Below are positions 1-8,953 of a stretch of 64,000 nt of DNA, in pieces. The position numbers and the translations under genes are program-made. The notes under the pieces are model-generated. The model searched no databases and was not told where the DNA came from. It was given only the letters and a program-made list of their open reading frames with translations. The number at the start of each line of letters is the position of its first letter. Position 1 is the first letter of the stretch. The DNA comes from a bacterium (GTDB taxonomy: Bacteria > Bacillota > Clostridia > Christensenellales > CAG-138), in assembly GCA_963643205.1 (NCBI GenBank), contig CAVIJJ010000001.1, forward strand, positions 6,651 through 70,650, read 5' to 3'.

Positions 1-45
1 GACCACAAGTAAGAATTATACCATGTATCGGCCCTCTTGCAAGGG

Positions 46-1191
46 TTATTTGTTTAACAGCCGCGCTATCGCCGTGCGCTTAACCTTCATTGCTCCCTTG
101 GGGCAGAATTCCTGGCAGCAGAAGCAGCGTATGCATTTTGAACGGTCTATGTTTGGCAGTTTGTTTTTCATTGTAATGGCTTTTGCAGGGCAAAGCTTAG
201 CGCAAAGTCCGCAGCCGACGCACTCCTTCTTTACCGGGGAGGGCTTTGATGCCATAACCATCTTCAAAAACGCGCGTGTAACGCCGCGTGTGTTCTTTAC
301 GGATGTTATGTCGTGCCTCGGCGTAAGCTCGCAGTCCTTGATTATAAAGCTGTTCGCGTCGCCGTAAAGCGAAACCTTGTCAAGTGAATCCTTGCTCAGT
401 CCGCGCTCAACCGCCGCCGATATGGTAGGCACGTCCATGGGATTAACGCCCAAAAGCTTTGCGCCTACAAGATCCGCGTCGCATGCCGAACGCGCCGCTA
501 TCAGCGCGCCGCACTCGCGCGGCCTGCCGGCGGTCGGGCCGTTGCCGTCCATTGCCGTTACCGCGTCTATAAGCGCAAGCACAGGGTGGTGGTATTCATA
601 TAAATCCACCAGCATGTTTGAAAAATCCGTGTGGTTAGGGAAACGGTAGTGGTATTCAAGCTTAACCGTGCCGGGTATGGTGCCGTAAAGATTCTTCAGC
701 GCGCCGGTCATGCCCATCATGCCGTGGGTTTTAAGCTTGGCGAATGTTATAAGCGCGTCAACTTTGTCAAGCCAGCCCGTGTAAAGAAAGCTTTTAAGCA
801 CCTTCGCTTCGGCAAAATGCCCTTCCTTGGTGCTGAAGTCGTCGTTCAGCATTGCGCCGGCCTCAGCGGCAAGCGTCATGCCTGTCGCCTGGTAGGAATG
901 GTTCATTGCCGCGGCGTTATATAATCCTCCCGGGCTTTCGCCTATTATTACGCTTGCGCCGCGTTCGATAAGCATTTTTGTAAGCTCCGCGACCATCGTG
1001 GGGTGCGTGCAAACCGCGAATTCCGGCGATTTGGCGGCGGCAAGGTTTGGCTTTATACCTATTGTCATTCCGCTTTTAACCCAGTCAAGTCCGCCTATCG
1101 CGTCAAGCGCTTCTTTAAGCGCGGCGTGAACATGTTCCGCGTCGTAATCGGGGCAAGGTACTATTGCCGCATCGTAAACGGTGTCGCTCAT
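46..1191 (-). CDS. DUF362-type protein with C-terminal 2x[4Fe-4S] ferredoxin domain
   Basis: 381-aa ORF. The C-terminus has two CxxCxxCxxxCP motifs (CVGCGLCAKLCP, CIRCFCCQEFCP). The N-terminal body resembles DUF362 family proteins. Confidence 0.7.
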   Translation of the reverse strand: MSDTVYDAAIVPCPDYDAEHVHAALKEALDAIGGLDWVKSGMTIGIKPNLAAAKSPEFAVCTHPTMVAELTKMLIERGASVIIGESPGGLYNAAAMNHSYQATGMTLAAEAGAMLNDDFSTKEGHFAEAKVLKSFLYTGWLDKVDALITFAKLKTHGMMGMTGALKNLYGTIPGTVKLEYHYRFPNHTDFSNMLVDLYEYHHPVLALIDAVTAMDGNGPTAGRPRECGALIAARSACDADLVGAKLLGVNPMDVPTISAAVERGLSKDSLDKVSLYGDANSFIIKDCELTPRHDITSVKNTRGVTRAFLKMVMASKPSPVKKECVGCGLCAKLCPAKAITMKNKLPNIDRSKCIRCFCCQEFCPKGAMKVKRTAIARLLNK

Positions 1192-1210
1192 CTGTATTGT
1201 GTCCCTTTCT

Positions 1211-1237
1211 TATAAGTAAGGCGGGGAAGACCCCGCC
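1211..1237 (-). terminator. Probable intrinsic terminator downstream of typA
   Basis: GC hairpin GGCGGGG-aaga-CCCCGCC at 1220-1237. On the minus strand it is followed by a weak T-rich tail. Confidence 0.5.
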
Positions 1238-1263
1238 TGTAATGCCAGTAATGTTAAATGAAA

Positions 1264-3087
1264 TCAGCTGTTTCTCGCGGCCAGCTTAAGCCTCTGCTCT
1301 TTTGAAAGAATGCGCTTGCGCATACGTATGCTCTTTGGGGTAACCTCCACAAGCTCATCATCGGCTATGAACTCAAGGCACTGCTCAAGCGAAAGGTAGG
1401 TGGGGGGAGTAAGGCGAAGCGCCTCGTCGCTGCCCGCCGCGCGCATGTTTGTAACGTGCTTCTTCTTGCAAACATTAACAACAATGTCGTCTCCTCTGGA
1501 GCACTCGCCAACAACCTGGCCCTCATATACCGGTACGCCGGGGCCAACGAACAGGCGGCCGCGGTCCTGAGTATTGAAAAGGCCGTAGCTGTTTGTTTCG
1601 CCGGTTTCGCTGCAAACCAAGCTGCCGCGCTCACGCTCTTCGATATCGCCCTTGTAAAGCTCGTAACCGTGGAATATGTGGCTCATCACGCCGTTGCCGC
1701 GCGTATCGGTAAGCAGCTCGCTGCGGTAGCCCATAAGGCTGCGCGAGGGAATGTTGAAAAGAAGCCTTGTACTGCCTTCGTTTTCTGTATGCATGTCCAC
1801 AAGCTCCGCCTTGCGGGAGCCAAGTTTTTCCATAACGCTGCCAACGTATTCGCTGGGCACGTCAACGGTAAGCTCTTCTATAGGCTCAAGGGTATGACCC
1901 TGCTCGTCCTGCTTAAGTATTACCTTCGGGCGGGAAACTGCGAACTCAAAGTCCTGCCTGCGCATCTGCTCTATCAGTATGGAAAGGTGCAGCTCACCGC
2001 GGCCGGATACCTTAAATGTGTCGGTTGTGCCGGTTTCCTCAACGCGCATCGAAACGTTGGTCTCAACCTCTTTCATAAGCCTGTCCCTAAGGTTGCGGCT
2101 GGTAACGTACTTGCCTTCCTTGCCTGCGAAGGGGCTGTCGTTTACCATAAACATCATCGATACGGTAGGCTCGTCTATATGCACAAACGGCATCGGCTCA
2201 ACGCACTCGGGCGCGCAAGCCGTTTCGCCTATGGCAAGGTCGGTTATACCGGCAACGGCTACTATGTCGCCCGCGTATGCTTCCTCAACCTCAACGCGCT
2301 TAAGTCCCTCGTAGCGGTAAAGTCTGCTCAGCTTAACCGTGCGTACGGCGTTTGCCGTGCCGCCGCACATTGTAACCATCTGGTTGCGCTTGGCTATGCC
2401 GCGCTCCATACGGCCTATGCCTATACGGCCCACATAGTCGTCGTAATCTATGGTGGAGAACAGCAGCTGCAGCGGCGCGTCGGTATCGCACGCGGGTGCG
2501 GGTATCGCCTTTATAATGGTTTCAAACACGGCCTGCATGTCGGCGCCCATTTCATCGGGCTCCATGCCGGCTATGCCCTCCTTGGCGCTTGCGTATACAA
2601 CGGGGAAGTCAAGCTGCTCGGCAGTCGCGCCAAGCTCTATGAAAAGCTCAAGCGTCTCGTCAACAACCTGCATGGGCCTTGCGCCGGGGCGGTCTATCTT
2701 GTTTACCACAACCACGGGAACCTTGTTAAGCTCCAGTGCTTTCCTCAGCACGAAGCGGGTCTGCGGCATGCAGCCCTCAAACGCGTCAACAAGCAGAAGA
2801 ACGCCGTCTACCATCTGCAGTATGCGCTCTACCTCTCCGCCAAAGTCGGCGTGACCCGGCGTGTCGATTATGTTAATTCTGTAATCCTTGTACCTTATGG
2901 CGGTATTCTTGCTCAGTATGGTTATGCCGCGTTCGCGCTCCAGGTCGCCGGAGTCCATAACTCGCTCCTGCACCTGCTCGTTGGCCCTAAATACGCCGCT
3001 TTGACGGAGCAGGCAGTCCACCAGGGTGGTTTTGCCGTGGTCAACGTGCGCGATTATGGCAACGTTGCGGATGTTTTCCTTCTGCAT
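1264..3087 (-). CDS. typA: Translational GTPase TypA/BipA
   Basis: 607 aa. N-terminus IRNVAIIAHVDHGKTTLVD (G1) and DTPGHADF (G3). Length and domain order are typical of TypA. Confidence 0.95.
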   Translation of the reverse strand: MQKENIRNVAIIAHVDHGKTTLVDCLLRQSGVFRANEQVQERVMDSGDLERERGITILSKNTAIRYKDYRINIIDTPGHADFGGEVERILQMVDGVLLLVDAFEGCMPQTRFVLRKALELNKVPVVVVNKIDRPGARPMQVVDETLELFIELGATAEQLDFPVVYASAKEGIAGMEPDEMGADMQAVFETIIKAIPAPACDTDAPLQLLFSTIDYDDYVGRIGIGRMERGIAKRNQMVTMCGGTANAVRTVKLSRLYRYEGLKRVEVEEAYAGDIVAVAGITDLAIGETACAPECVEPMPFVHIDEPTVSMMFMVNDSPFAGKEGKYVTSRNLRDRLMKEVETNVSMRVEETGTTDTFKVSGRGELHLSILIEQMRRQDFEFAVSRPKVILKQDEQGHTLEPIEELTVDVPSEYVGSVMEKLGSRKAELVDMHTENEGSTRLLFNIPSRSLMGYRSELLTDTRGNGVMSHIFHGYELYKGDIEERERGSLVCSETGETNSYGLFNTQDRGRLFVGPGVPVYEGQVVGECSRGDDIVVNVCKKKHVTNMRAAGSDEALRLTPPTYLSLEQCLEFIADDELVEVTPKSIRMRKRILSKEQRLKLAARNS

Positions 3088-3170
3088 AATTTATATAAAC
3101 ACTCCTTTCGGTTAAACCGATTCAAAACCATAGTATTATACACCATGTATATGGCGCGGCGCAATGTTTT

Positions 3171-4001
3171 TCAAATATTTTTGCCACTTTTCGCTATTCT
3201 TATCGCGCTTCTGGTACATACCGTCAAAAGCACTACGGACGCTAGCACTATGTAAACCGCCGTGCTTTCCGTGAATATATAGCTCAGTACGTATCCTCCC
3301 ATAAGATTAAAGCAAATGTGTATCGTTATGTTGGCGAAAAGCGAACCGGTGCTTTCAAAATACGCGGCAAGTATAAGTCCAACCGCGAACGCGTAGGCCA
3401 TCCAAACTATCTGCCCGTGAAGCACTCCGAAAAGAGCCGCCTGCAATACGGCCGCGATCCATTTGGGCATGGCGCGCTTAAGCCTGGTGTATACAAGCCC
3501 CCTGAAAATTATTTCCTCAGTTATTGGCGCGAAAATAACTGTTGAAACCATCGATAAAAAGCCCGAGGAATCTATAACCGATGTGCTTTCTGTATATTCG
3601 GCAAAAGCCTCCTCACTTATCGGCAGCATGTTAAGTATGATTATAACCAGCACGGCCAGGCTCATGCCCACTACGCTCAGCGGAAGGTAGGCGGCCCCGG
3701 GTATGGGAGCGGCTCCTACCTCGTCAAGCAGGTTCTTTTTGCGCAGCGCGAAAAACACGACCAGCGCCAGTATTGTGCAAATATTGGAAATCAATACTAT
3801 AACCGTGGTACTGGAAGAGAGGGAGTCGTAAAGCGTGCTTATAATCGTGTCGTAATCAATGTTTCCCGAAGAGGACAGCTGCTTTACACTCTCGATCGTC
3901 CCCGTAACAAGTGCGCATGCAAAGCTTGCCACGTACTGCAGTATTATAAAAAGCAGCGTGTAGCAGCAGGCTTTTCCCAGCGCGATAAGTACTTTCTTCA
4001 T
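3171..4001 (-). CDS. CPBP family intramembrane glutamic endopeptidase (CAAX protease-like)
   Basis: Multi-TM protein with EEIIFRG and FGVLHG motifs. I chose the start at MKKVLIAL (4001) rather than the ORF-track start at 4064. Confidence 0.75.
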   Translation of the reverse strand: MKKVLIALGKACCYTLLFIILQYVASFACALVTGTIESVKQLSSSGNIDYDTIISTLYDSLSSSTTVIVLISNICTILALVVFFALRKKNLLDEVGAAPIPGAAYLPLSVVGMSLAVLVIIILNMLPISEEAFAEYTESTSVIDSSGFLSMVSTVIFAPITEEIIFRGLVYTRLKRAMPKWIAAVLQAALFGVLHGQIVWMAYAFAVGLILAAYFESTGSLFANITIHICFNLMGGYVLSYIFTESTAVYIVLASVVLLTVCTRSAIRIAKSGKNI

Positions 4002-4146
4002 GGTTAATACCCTCGTAAACGCAAAATATAGCTGATTATAACATATTTCACCGGGGTTGGGCAAAAAAGCTTGCGCGGCATGCGGCTTATACTGTATTAT
4101 GATATAAAGAAATCGTTAAGAAAATATATGGTATATGGGAGGAAAG

Positions 4147-4455
4147 ATGGAGGATATCACCCTGCGGGATGAAAATAAGCACGGCAGCCATACCGGCATG
4201 CTCAATATAAGGAACACTCTCGCTGCTTTGGCGGCGGTGTGTTTTGCACTCTCCATTTTTATTGACGATAGCCAGTTTATACTTAAGGCCGTGGCATACG
4301 GCGTTGGCGCGCTCGCATATCTCGGCGAGCTTATGGCGATTACACATCTTTTCAAAAAGCGTGTTGACGGCCGGGAAATTTTTATGCCTGTGGTTTTCGG
4401 CGTCATGTATCTACTTCTCGGCGTAAGCTACGCGATAGAACACATCCATCTTTGA
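4147..4455 (+). CDS. Hypothetical small membrane protein
   Basis: GGGAGGA lies just upstream of the ATG at 4147. There are two or three hydrophobic segments. No family recognised. Competing minus-strand ORFs lack ribosome-binding sites. Confidence 0.45.
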   Translation: MEDITLRDENKHGSHTGMLNIRNTLAALAAVCFALSIFIDDSQFILKAVAYGVGALAYLGELMAITHLFKKRVDGREIFMPVVFGVMYLLLGVSYAIEHIHL

Positions 4456-4551
4456 TAAAACGTTATATCATAAACAATAAACATGTGGAAAAATATGCAC
4501 TTTTCTGCTATATTATAATCAGTCGTAAAACCCACGGAAGGGGGACACAAA

Positions 4552-5277
4552 ATGGCTGATAACATCACGCCGGAAATGATAGCTTTGCTGAACAGCGGCA
4601 ATAAGGCGGAACTTAGGGCTTTCCTAAAGCTTTATACACGCCCCGTATACGAGCGTGCGCTTGCCATAACCAAAAGCGAGGCGGATGCCATCCGGGTTAC
4701 GCGCAGGGTAACCAGCGAGGTTTCAGTGCTTGCCCTTAGGGGAAAGCTTGAGAACGATATAGACGCGCAGCTTATGGCGCTTACGGATGCCTGCTGTAGC
4801 GAGGATCTGTTTTTCGCAAGGCTTGTCGAGGATACGCTTAGGGATTATCCGGACGATAAGTCTGAGCAGCCCACGCTTTTTGCTAAGGCCGGCAAACCGC
4901 ATTGGCCTTCCAAGCCCAGCGCTGTTGAGCGCGGAAGCGCCGCCATAACCGCCGCGCCGAAGGCCGAAGCACCCGCGGAAACAGTTACCTCATCGGAAGA
5001 TCAGCTTAAAACCAAGCCGATAGAGAAAAACGAGGCGCCCAAGCTTTTTGACGAGGATCTTTCGCTTGATTGGGATGAGGAGGACGAACCGGAGCCGGAG
5101 GACGAGGCGGACAGCAAGCCGAGCGTACTTATAGTGTTGCTCATATTCCTGCTTGCTATTCTAACGCTTGCTCTCGTGTGGGTGCTTGTTGTAAAGCTTA
5201 TGTATATCGGCATTCTGCCAAAGGCCGATTTCGGCTTTGCGGACTGGTTCAATACGCATCTGTTCAGGCTTTATTAA
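4552..5277 (+). CDS. Hypothetical tail-anchored protein (sigma-70 region-2-like N-terminus, acidic linker, C-terminal TM)
   Basis: RBS GGAAGGGGG. N-terminus LKLYTRPVYERALAITKSEADAIRVTRRV resembles the start of sigma-70 region 2. The linker is D/E-rich (DEEDEPEPEDEAD). A single TM (VLIVLLIFLLAILTLALVWVLVV) sits near the C-terminus. Confidence 0.55.
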   Translation: MADNITPEMIALLNSGNKAELRAFLKLYTRPVYERALAITKSEADAIRVTRRVTSEVSVLALRGKLENDIDAQLMALTDACCSEDLFFARLVEDTLRDYPDDKSEQPTLFAKAGKPHWPSKPSAVERGSAAITAAPKAEAPAETVTSSEDQLKTKPIEKNEAPKLFDEDLSLDWDEEDEPEPEDEADSKPSVLIVLLIFLLAILTLALVWVLVVKLMYIGILPKADFGFADWFNTHLFRLY

Positions 5278-5310
5278 GCCGTACAAACTGAATTAGAGGA
5301 GGCTGTAAGT

Positions 5311-5835
5311 ATGGATATCATGAGCTCGTATCTTGCCGGATGGGATGTTTTGTCGCTTATGTGCCTTGTTATTGGGCTTGGGCTGATGATTGGCGAAATG
5401 TTTACGCCCGGGCTCGGCGTTATGGGAGCATTCGGCTTGGCGGCGCTTATAGCGGCCGTTGTGATGAGCGCCAATTCCCTGCTTGATGCCGTGGTTACCG
5501 TTGCCATAATATTCGTTGTGCTCTTTATAGCCGGGTTTATAATCTATCGCTCCTTTTCAAAGGGGAAAATTTCAAAGTCCGGCATAGTATTAAACGAAAA
5601 AATAGACTCCGCGTCCACCGCGCTTGACAGCAGCGCCGTAAAGAAACTTGCGGGCAAAGAGGGCGTTGCGATTACGGCTCTGCGCCCCAGCGGAAACGCG
5701 GAAATAGACGGCGAACGGTACGCCGTTGAAACTGCGGGAGAGTTTATTCCCAAGGATACAAGAATTTTGGTTGAGCGTATAGACGGCCTTAAGATAGTTG
5801 TTAAAAAGGCGGAGGATACAAAGGAAGAAGTATGA
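5311..5835 (+). CDS. NfeD family membrane protein
   Basis: N-terminal TM helices plus a C-terminal OB-like NfeD domain (GVAITALRPSGNAEIDGERYAV...). It lies upstream of floA, as in the B. subtilis yqeZ-yqfA arrangement. Confidence 0.8.
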   Translation: MDIMSSYLAGWDVLSLMCLVIGLGLMIGEMFTPGLGVMGAFGLAALIAAVVMSANSLLDAVVTVAIIFVVLFIAGFIIYRSFSKGKISKSGIVLNEKIDSASTALDSSAVKKLAGKEGVAITALRPSGNAEIDGERYAVETAGEFIPKDTRILVERIDGLKIVVKKAEDTKEEV

Positions 5836-6071
5836 AGGTTTGCAAAAATTGCGGCACCCTTTATAACGAAGCCGAGGGGCCGTGCCCAAAGTGCTATACC
5901 GATGAGCTTCTCAGAAACGGTGAGGCCGCGCAGCACGAAATAGATACCGATATGTCGCCGGAGGATGCGGCGAAGGCGCGCAAAAAATCATGGATACAGA
6001 TCATGATAGGCGTGCCGCTGTTCATAGGGTTCATTGCCCTTATATATCGTATAATGCAGCTTGCAAAATAA
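5832..6071 (+). CDS. Zinc-ribbon protein with C-terminal TM anchor
   Basis: CKNCG...CPKC zinc ribbon followed by one TM (IQIMIGVPLFIGFIALIY). Its start overlaps the nfeD stop (ATGA). Confidence 0.6.
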   Translation: MKVCKNCGTLYNEAEGPCPKCYTDELLRNGEAAQHEIDTDMSPEDAAKARKKSWIQIMIGVPLFIGFIALIYRIMQLAK

Positions 6072-6105
6072 GCTGATTAATTAAAATGCAGGAGGAAATG
6101 CAAAA

Positions 6106-7086
6106 ATGCCGGAACTTGTACTCACACTGATAATAGTAGTGCTGGGAATTATATTCCTGGCCATATTCTTTACGTTTGTGCCGGTGGGTCTGTTTATCAG
6201 CGCCCGTGCCAGCGGCGTAAAGGTAGGCATAGGCCAGCTTGCCGCAATGCGCATAAGAAAGGTTACCCCCAGCCGCATAATAAACCCCATGATCAAGGCC
6301 ACGAAGGCCGGCATGGATGTGCCGCTTAACAAGCTTGAGGCGCACTACCTTGCGGGCGGTAATGTGGACCGCGTCGTAAATGCTCTCATTGCGGCTCAGC
6401 GCGCGGGAATACCGCTTGATTTTGAGCGCGCCTGCGCCATAGACCTTGCCGGACGCGATGTGCTTAACGCCGTCCAGATGAGTGTTAACCCGAAGGTTAT
6501 AGAAACTCCCGTAATAGCGGCCATAGCCAAGGACGGCATAGAGCTTCGCGCCAAGGCTCGTGTTACCGTGCGCGCCAATATAGACAGGCTCGTAGGCGGC
6601 GCGGGTGAGGAAACCATAATCGCCCGTATAGGCGAGGGCATAGTTACCACCGTAGGCTCCTCAACCAGCCACAAGGACGTGCTTGAGAATCCGGATCTTA
6701 TATCCCAAACCGTGCTCAATAAGGGCCTTGATGCCGGCACCGCTTTTGAAATACTGTCGATAGACATAGCGGATGTGGACGTTGGCCGCAACGTAGGCGC
6801 TCAGCTTCAGATTGACCAGGCGGAGGCGGATAAGCGCATAGCTCAGGCAAAGGCGGAGGAACGCCGCGCGATGGCCGTTGCTCAGGAGCAGGAAAACAAG
6901 GCCGCTGTTGCCGGCATGCGCGCAAAGGTTATAGAGGCGGAGGCGGAGGTGCCTCAGGCGATAGCCGCCGCGTTCCGCGAAGGCAAGCTTGGTGTAATGG
7001 ATTATTACAACATGCAGAATATTATAAGCGATACCAAGATGCGCGAATCAATTGCCGGCGGGGCCACAGCGTCGTCCAAGCAGTAA
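6106..7086 (+). CDS. floA: Flotillin-like protein FloA (SPFH domain, UPF0365)
   Basis: 326 aa. N-terminal TM, SPFH body and C-terminal Ala/Glu-rich coiled coil. Matches the YqfA/FloA family closely ([15 protein letters not shown]..., [17 protein letters not shown]). RBS AGGAGG. Confidence 0.9.
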   Translation: MPELVLTLIIVVLGIIFLAIFFTFVPVGLFISARASGVKVGIGQLAAMRIRKVTPSRIINPMIKATKAGMDVPLNKLEAHYLAGGNVDRVVNALIAAQRAGIPLDFERACAIDLAGRDVLNAVQMSVNPKVIETPVIAAIAKDGIELRAKARVTVRANIDRLVGGAGEETIIARIGEGIVTTVGSSTSHKDVLENPDLISQTVLNKGLDAGTAFEILSIDIADVDVGRNVGAQLQIDQAEADKRIAQAKAEERRAMAVAQEQENKAAVAGMRAKVIEAEAEVPQAIAAAFREGKLGVMDYYNMQNIISDTKMRESIAGGATASSKQ

Positions 7087-7128
7087 TCAGCCGTGCGCGT
7101 ACTTTCGAAGGAAGGGAGGGGATAGGCC

Positions 7129-7704
7129 ATGCAGGGATTGATATTCATCCTTGTGATTGTGTATATCATATTCAGTGTGCTTGGCAATAAAAAGGCCGCC
7201 GCCAACAAAGCAAAGCAGCGGCGGCAGAACACAAACACGGTTCAGCCTCAGCAGGCGAATCGACGTCCGGGCGTGAAAGCCGCCTCATCAGCGACGGGAA
7301 AGAAATTTGACAATCCGTCGGTTTGCAGCTGCGGCTATGAAAACGCGCCGGGCAGCAAATTCTGCCATAAATGCGGCCAAAAGCTCATTCAGGCCACAAG
7401 CGGAAGCATGAATTACGCTTCAAGCGAGGGCCTGTCCACGGAAGGCGAGTCCGCGGCGCGCGGCACAACGCTCAGGCATGTGGTTAAGCCCATGACGGAG
7501 TCGCATCACTTCCATACGGAGTCGAGCATGACCGGCCGTGATGTTCCCTGCGAGGATAGCTATGCCGAAGCGGAGGTTGCCGATGCCTATTCAAACGCCG
7601 AACAGGACGCGGCCTACTCCTTAGACATAACCGACCGCGAAAAAATAATCCAGGGTGTGCTTTACAGCGAAATACTCGGCAAACCCAAGGCGCTGAGGAA
7701 GTAA
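7129..7704 (+). CDS. N-terminally anchored zinc-ribbon protein
   Basis: N-terminal TM (LIFILVIVYIIFSVL), basic stretch, CSCG...CHKCG zinc ribbon, low-complexity tail. RBS GGAAGGGAGGGG. Confidence 0.6.
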   Translation: MQGLIFILVIVYIIFSVLGNKKAAANKAKQRRQNTNTVQPQQANRRPGVKAASSATGKKFDNPSVCSCGYENAPGSKFCHKCGQKLIQATSGSMNYASSEGLSTEGESAARGTTLRHVVKPMTESHHFHTESSMTGRDVPCEDSYAEAEVADAYSNAEQDAAYSLDITDREKIIQGVLYSEILGKPKALRK

Positions 7705-7722
7705 CAAAACAGAGGATAAAGA

Positions 7723-7749
7723 AGAGACGGCCGAAAGACCGTCTCTTTT
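7723..7749 (+). terminator. Intrinsic terminator of the nfeD-floA operon
   Basis: AGAGACGG-loop-CCGTCTCT hairpin followed by TTTT. Confidence 0.75.
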
Positions 7750-7813
7750 ACTGTGCTTTAATCTTCGCTTTCTATTGATGTTTTACTTGAATTTTTATCA
7801 ATTAAGAACAAAA

Positions 7814-7841
7814 TAAAAAGCCCGCGAGGTGGGGCTTTTTG
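7814..7841. terminator. Bidirectional hairpin terminator
   Basis: AAAAAGCCC-gcgaggtg-GGGCTTTTT, with an A-run and a T-run flanking the stem. Confidence 0.55.
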
Positions 7842-7964
7842 AGATAAAACGACCATTGGATCAGCCGCCGATTTTGCGGTTCTGGCGGAAAACTATGCCG
7901 AAAAGGCGGTTTTTGGTGGCATTTTAGGCCCAAAATTCGCAAAATTTTTTGAAAAAGGGGTGTT

Positions 7965-8771
7965 TTACTCCCTTCCGGCAGCCTTATAGACCTGCGCCTG
8001 GTGCTCAACGTCGGGCAAAGAGGCAACATGAGATGTTGACGAATAGAAGTACAGGCAGGCGTGCCCCTCCATGTCGTTGCCGCTTACGGTGTTCTCGCCG
8101 TGCGGCTGCCCCTGCAAAGACGCGGCTATGTTGCTTGTACCCACGGTAACTATTACGGGGCGCTTGGAGTAGTTCCAGTCTCCGCCGAATGTTTCAAGGT
8201 ATATTGCCGTGTCCTCGCTCGTGCGGCATTCAACCTCCGCGTGGCCTTCGCCGCCGGTGTATACCATCGAAAACGTCGTGCCGGTATTGTAGTCGGTAAT
8301 GGTGTAAGAGGAGCCTTCAACAAGGCTTTCCTTAACCGTGCTCCATTCCACAAGCTCGCCCGTAAGCGCGGCCTGCCCGGTAAGCTGCTTTCCTATGGGA
8401 ATCTTCGCGGCTATGTCCGCGCGCTGCGCTCTGTGCGAAAACAGCAGCCCCATCGATTGCTCACCAACCGTGCCGTCGCTCATTATGGGCAAACCCTGGC
8501 TGTCCACCTGCTTCTGCTGAAAGCTCTTCGTGGCCTCAACCGTCATGTTCTGAAAGCTGCCGGTTGGCTTGTAGTTAAAGTAGCCAAGCTCCCTCAACCT
8601 CAGCTGAATGCGCACAACAGTTTCACCCGTAACGCCGTAGCTTATAAGCTCGGTTGAAGAACCGCCGCTTGATTCCGGTGTCGCGGAGGGAGTGGGGGTG
8701 GGGTCAGCGTATGCCACGGTGCACGCGGCCGCTATGCATATTATCAATATTGTGCAAATAAGCTTTTTCAT
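7965..8771 (-). CDS. Secreted peptidoglycan-binding protein (PG_binding_1 plus unassigned C-terminal domain)
   Basis: Signal/lipoprotein-like N-terminus MKKLICTILIICIAAACTVAYA. PG_binding_1-like repeat (VVRIQLRLRELGYFNYKPTGSFQNMTVEATKSFQ). The C-terminal ~130 aa are homologous to the C-terminus of the 12370-13530 product. Confidence 0.75.
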   Translation of the reverse strand: MKKLICTILIICIAAACTVAYADPTPTPSATPESSGGSSTELISYGVTGETVVRIQLRLRELGYFNYKPTGSFQNMTVEATKSFQQKQVDSQGLPIMSDGTVGEQSMGLLFSHRAQRADIAAKIPIGKQLTGQAALTGELVEWSTVKESLVEGSSYTITDYNTGTTFSMVYTGGEGHAEVECRTSEDTAIYLETFGGDWNYSKRPVIVTVGTSNIAASLQGQPHGENTVSGNDMEGHACLYFYSSTSHVASLPDVEHQAQVYKAAGRE

Positions 8772-8953
8772 ACGGCAATTATAGCATATATGCACGGCGT
8801 AAAGCTATGTATAAAATGTAAATATGCTTGCCTATGATGAATTATGGCTGCTGTGTTAATTCGTCGCGTGTTGTGGTTGCCGGTATTGAGTGAGCCGCAT
8901 AAAAATGGTATAATACAAATACTAATATAGATAAACAGGCGGATTGCATATAG

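Noticed and set aside
3171-4064. Longer 297-aa version of the CPBP protease ORF.
   Set aside because: The first 21 codons (MPNPGEICYNQLYFAFTRVLT) precede a typical MKK-hydrophobic N-terminus, so I chose the start at 4001. The start choice remains uncertain.
7842-7964. About 120-bp non-coding stretch with short hairpins (CCGCC...GGCGG) between two terminators and the stop of the minus-strand PG-binding gene. A possible small RNA.
   Set aside because: The stems are short (5 bp), no promoter is evident, and I recognise no known RNA family. The evidence from sequence alone is insufficient.
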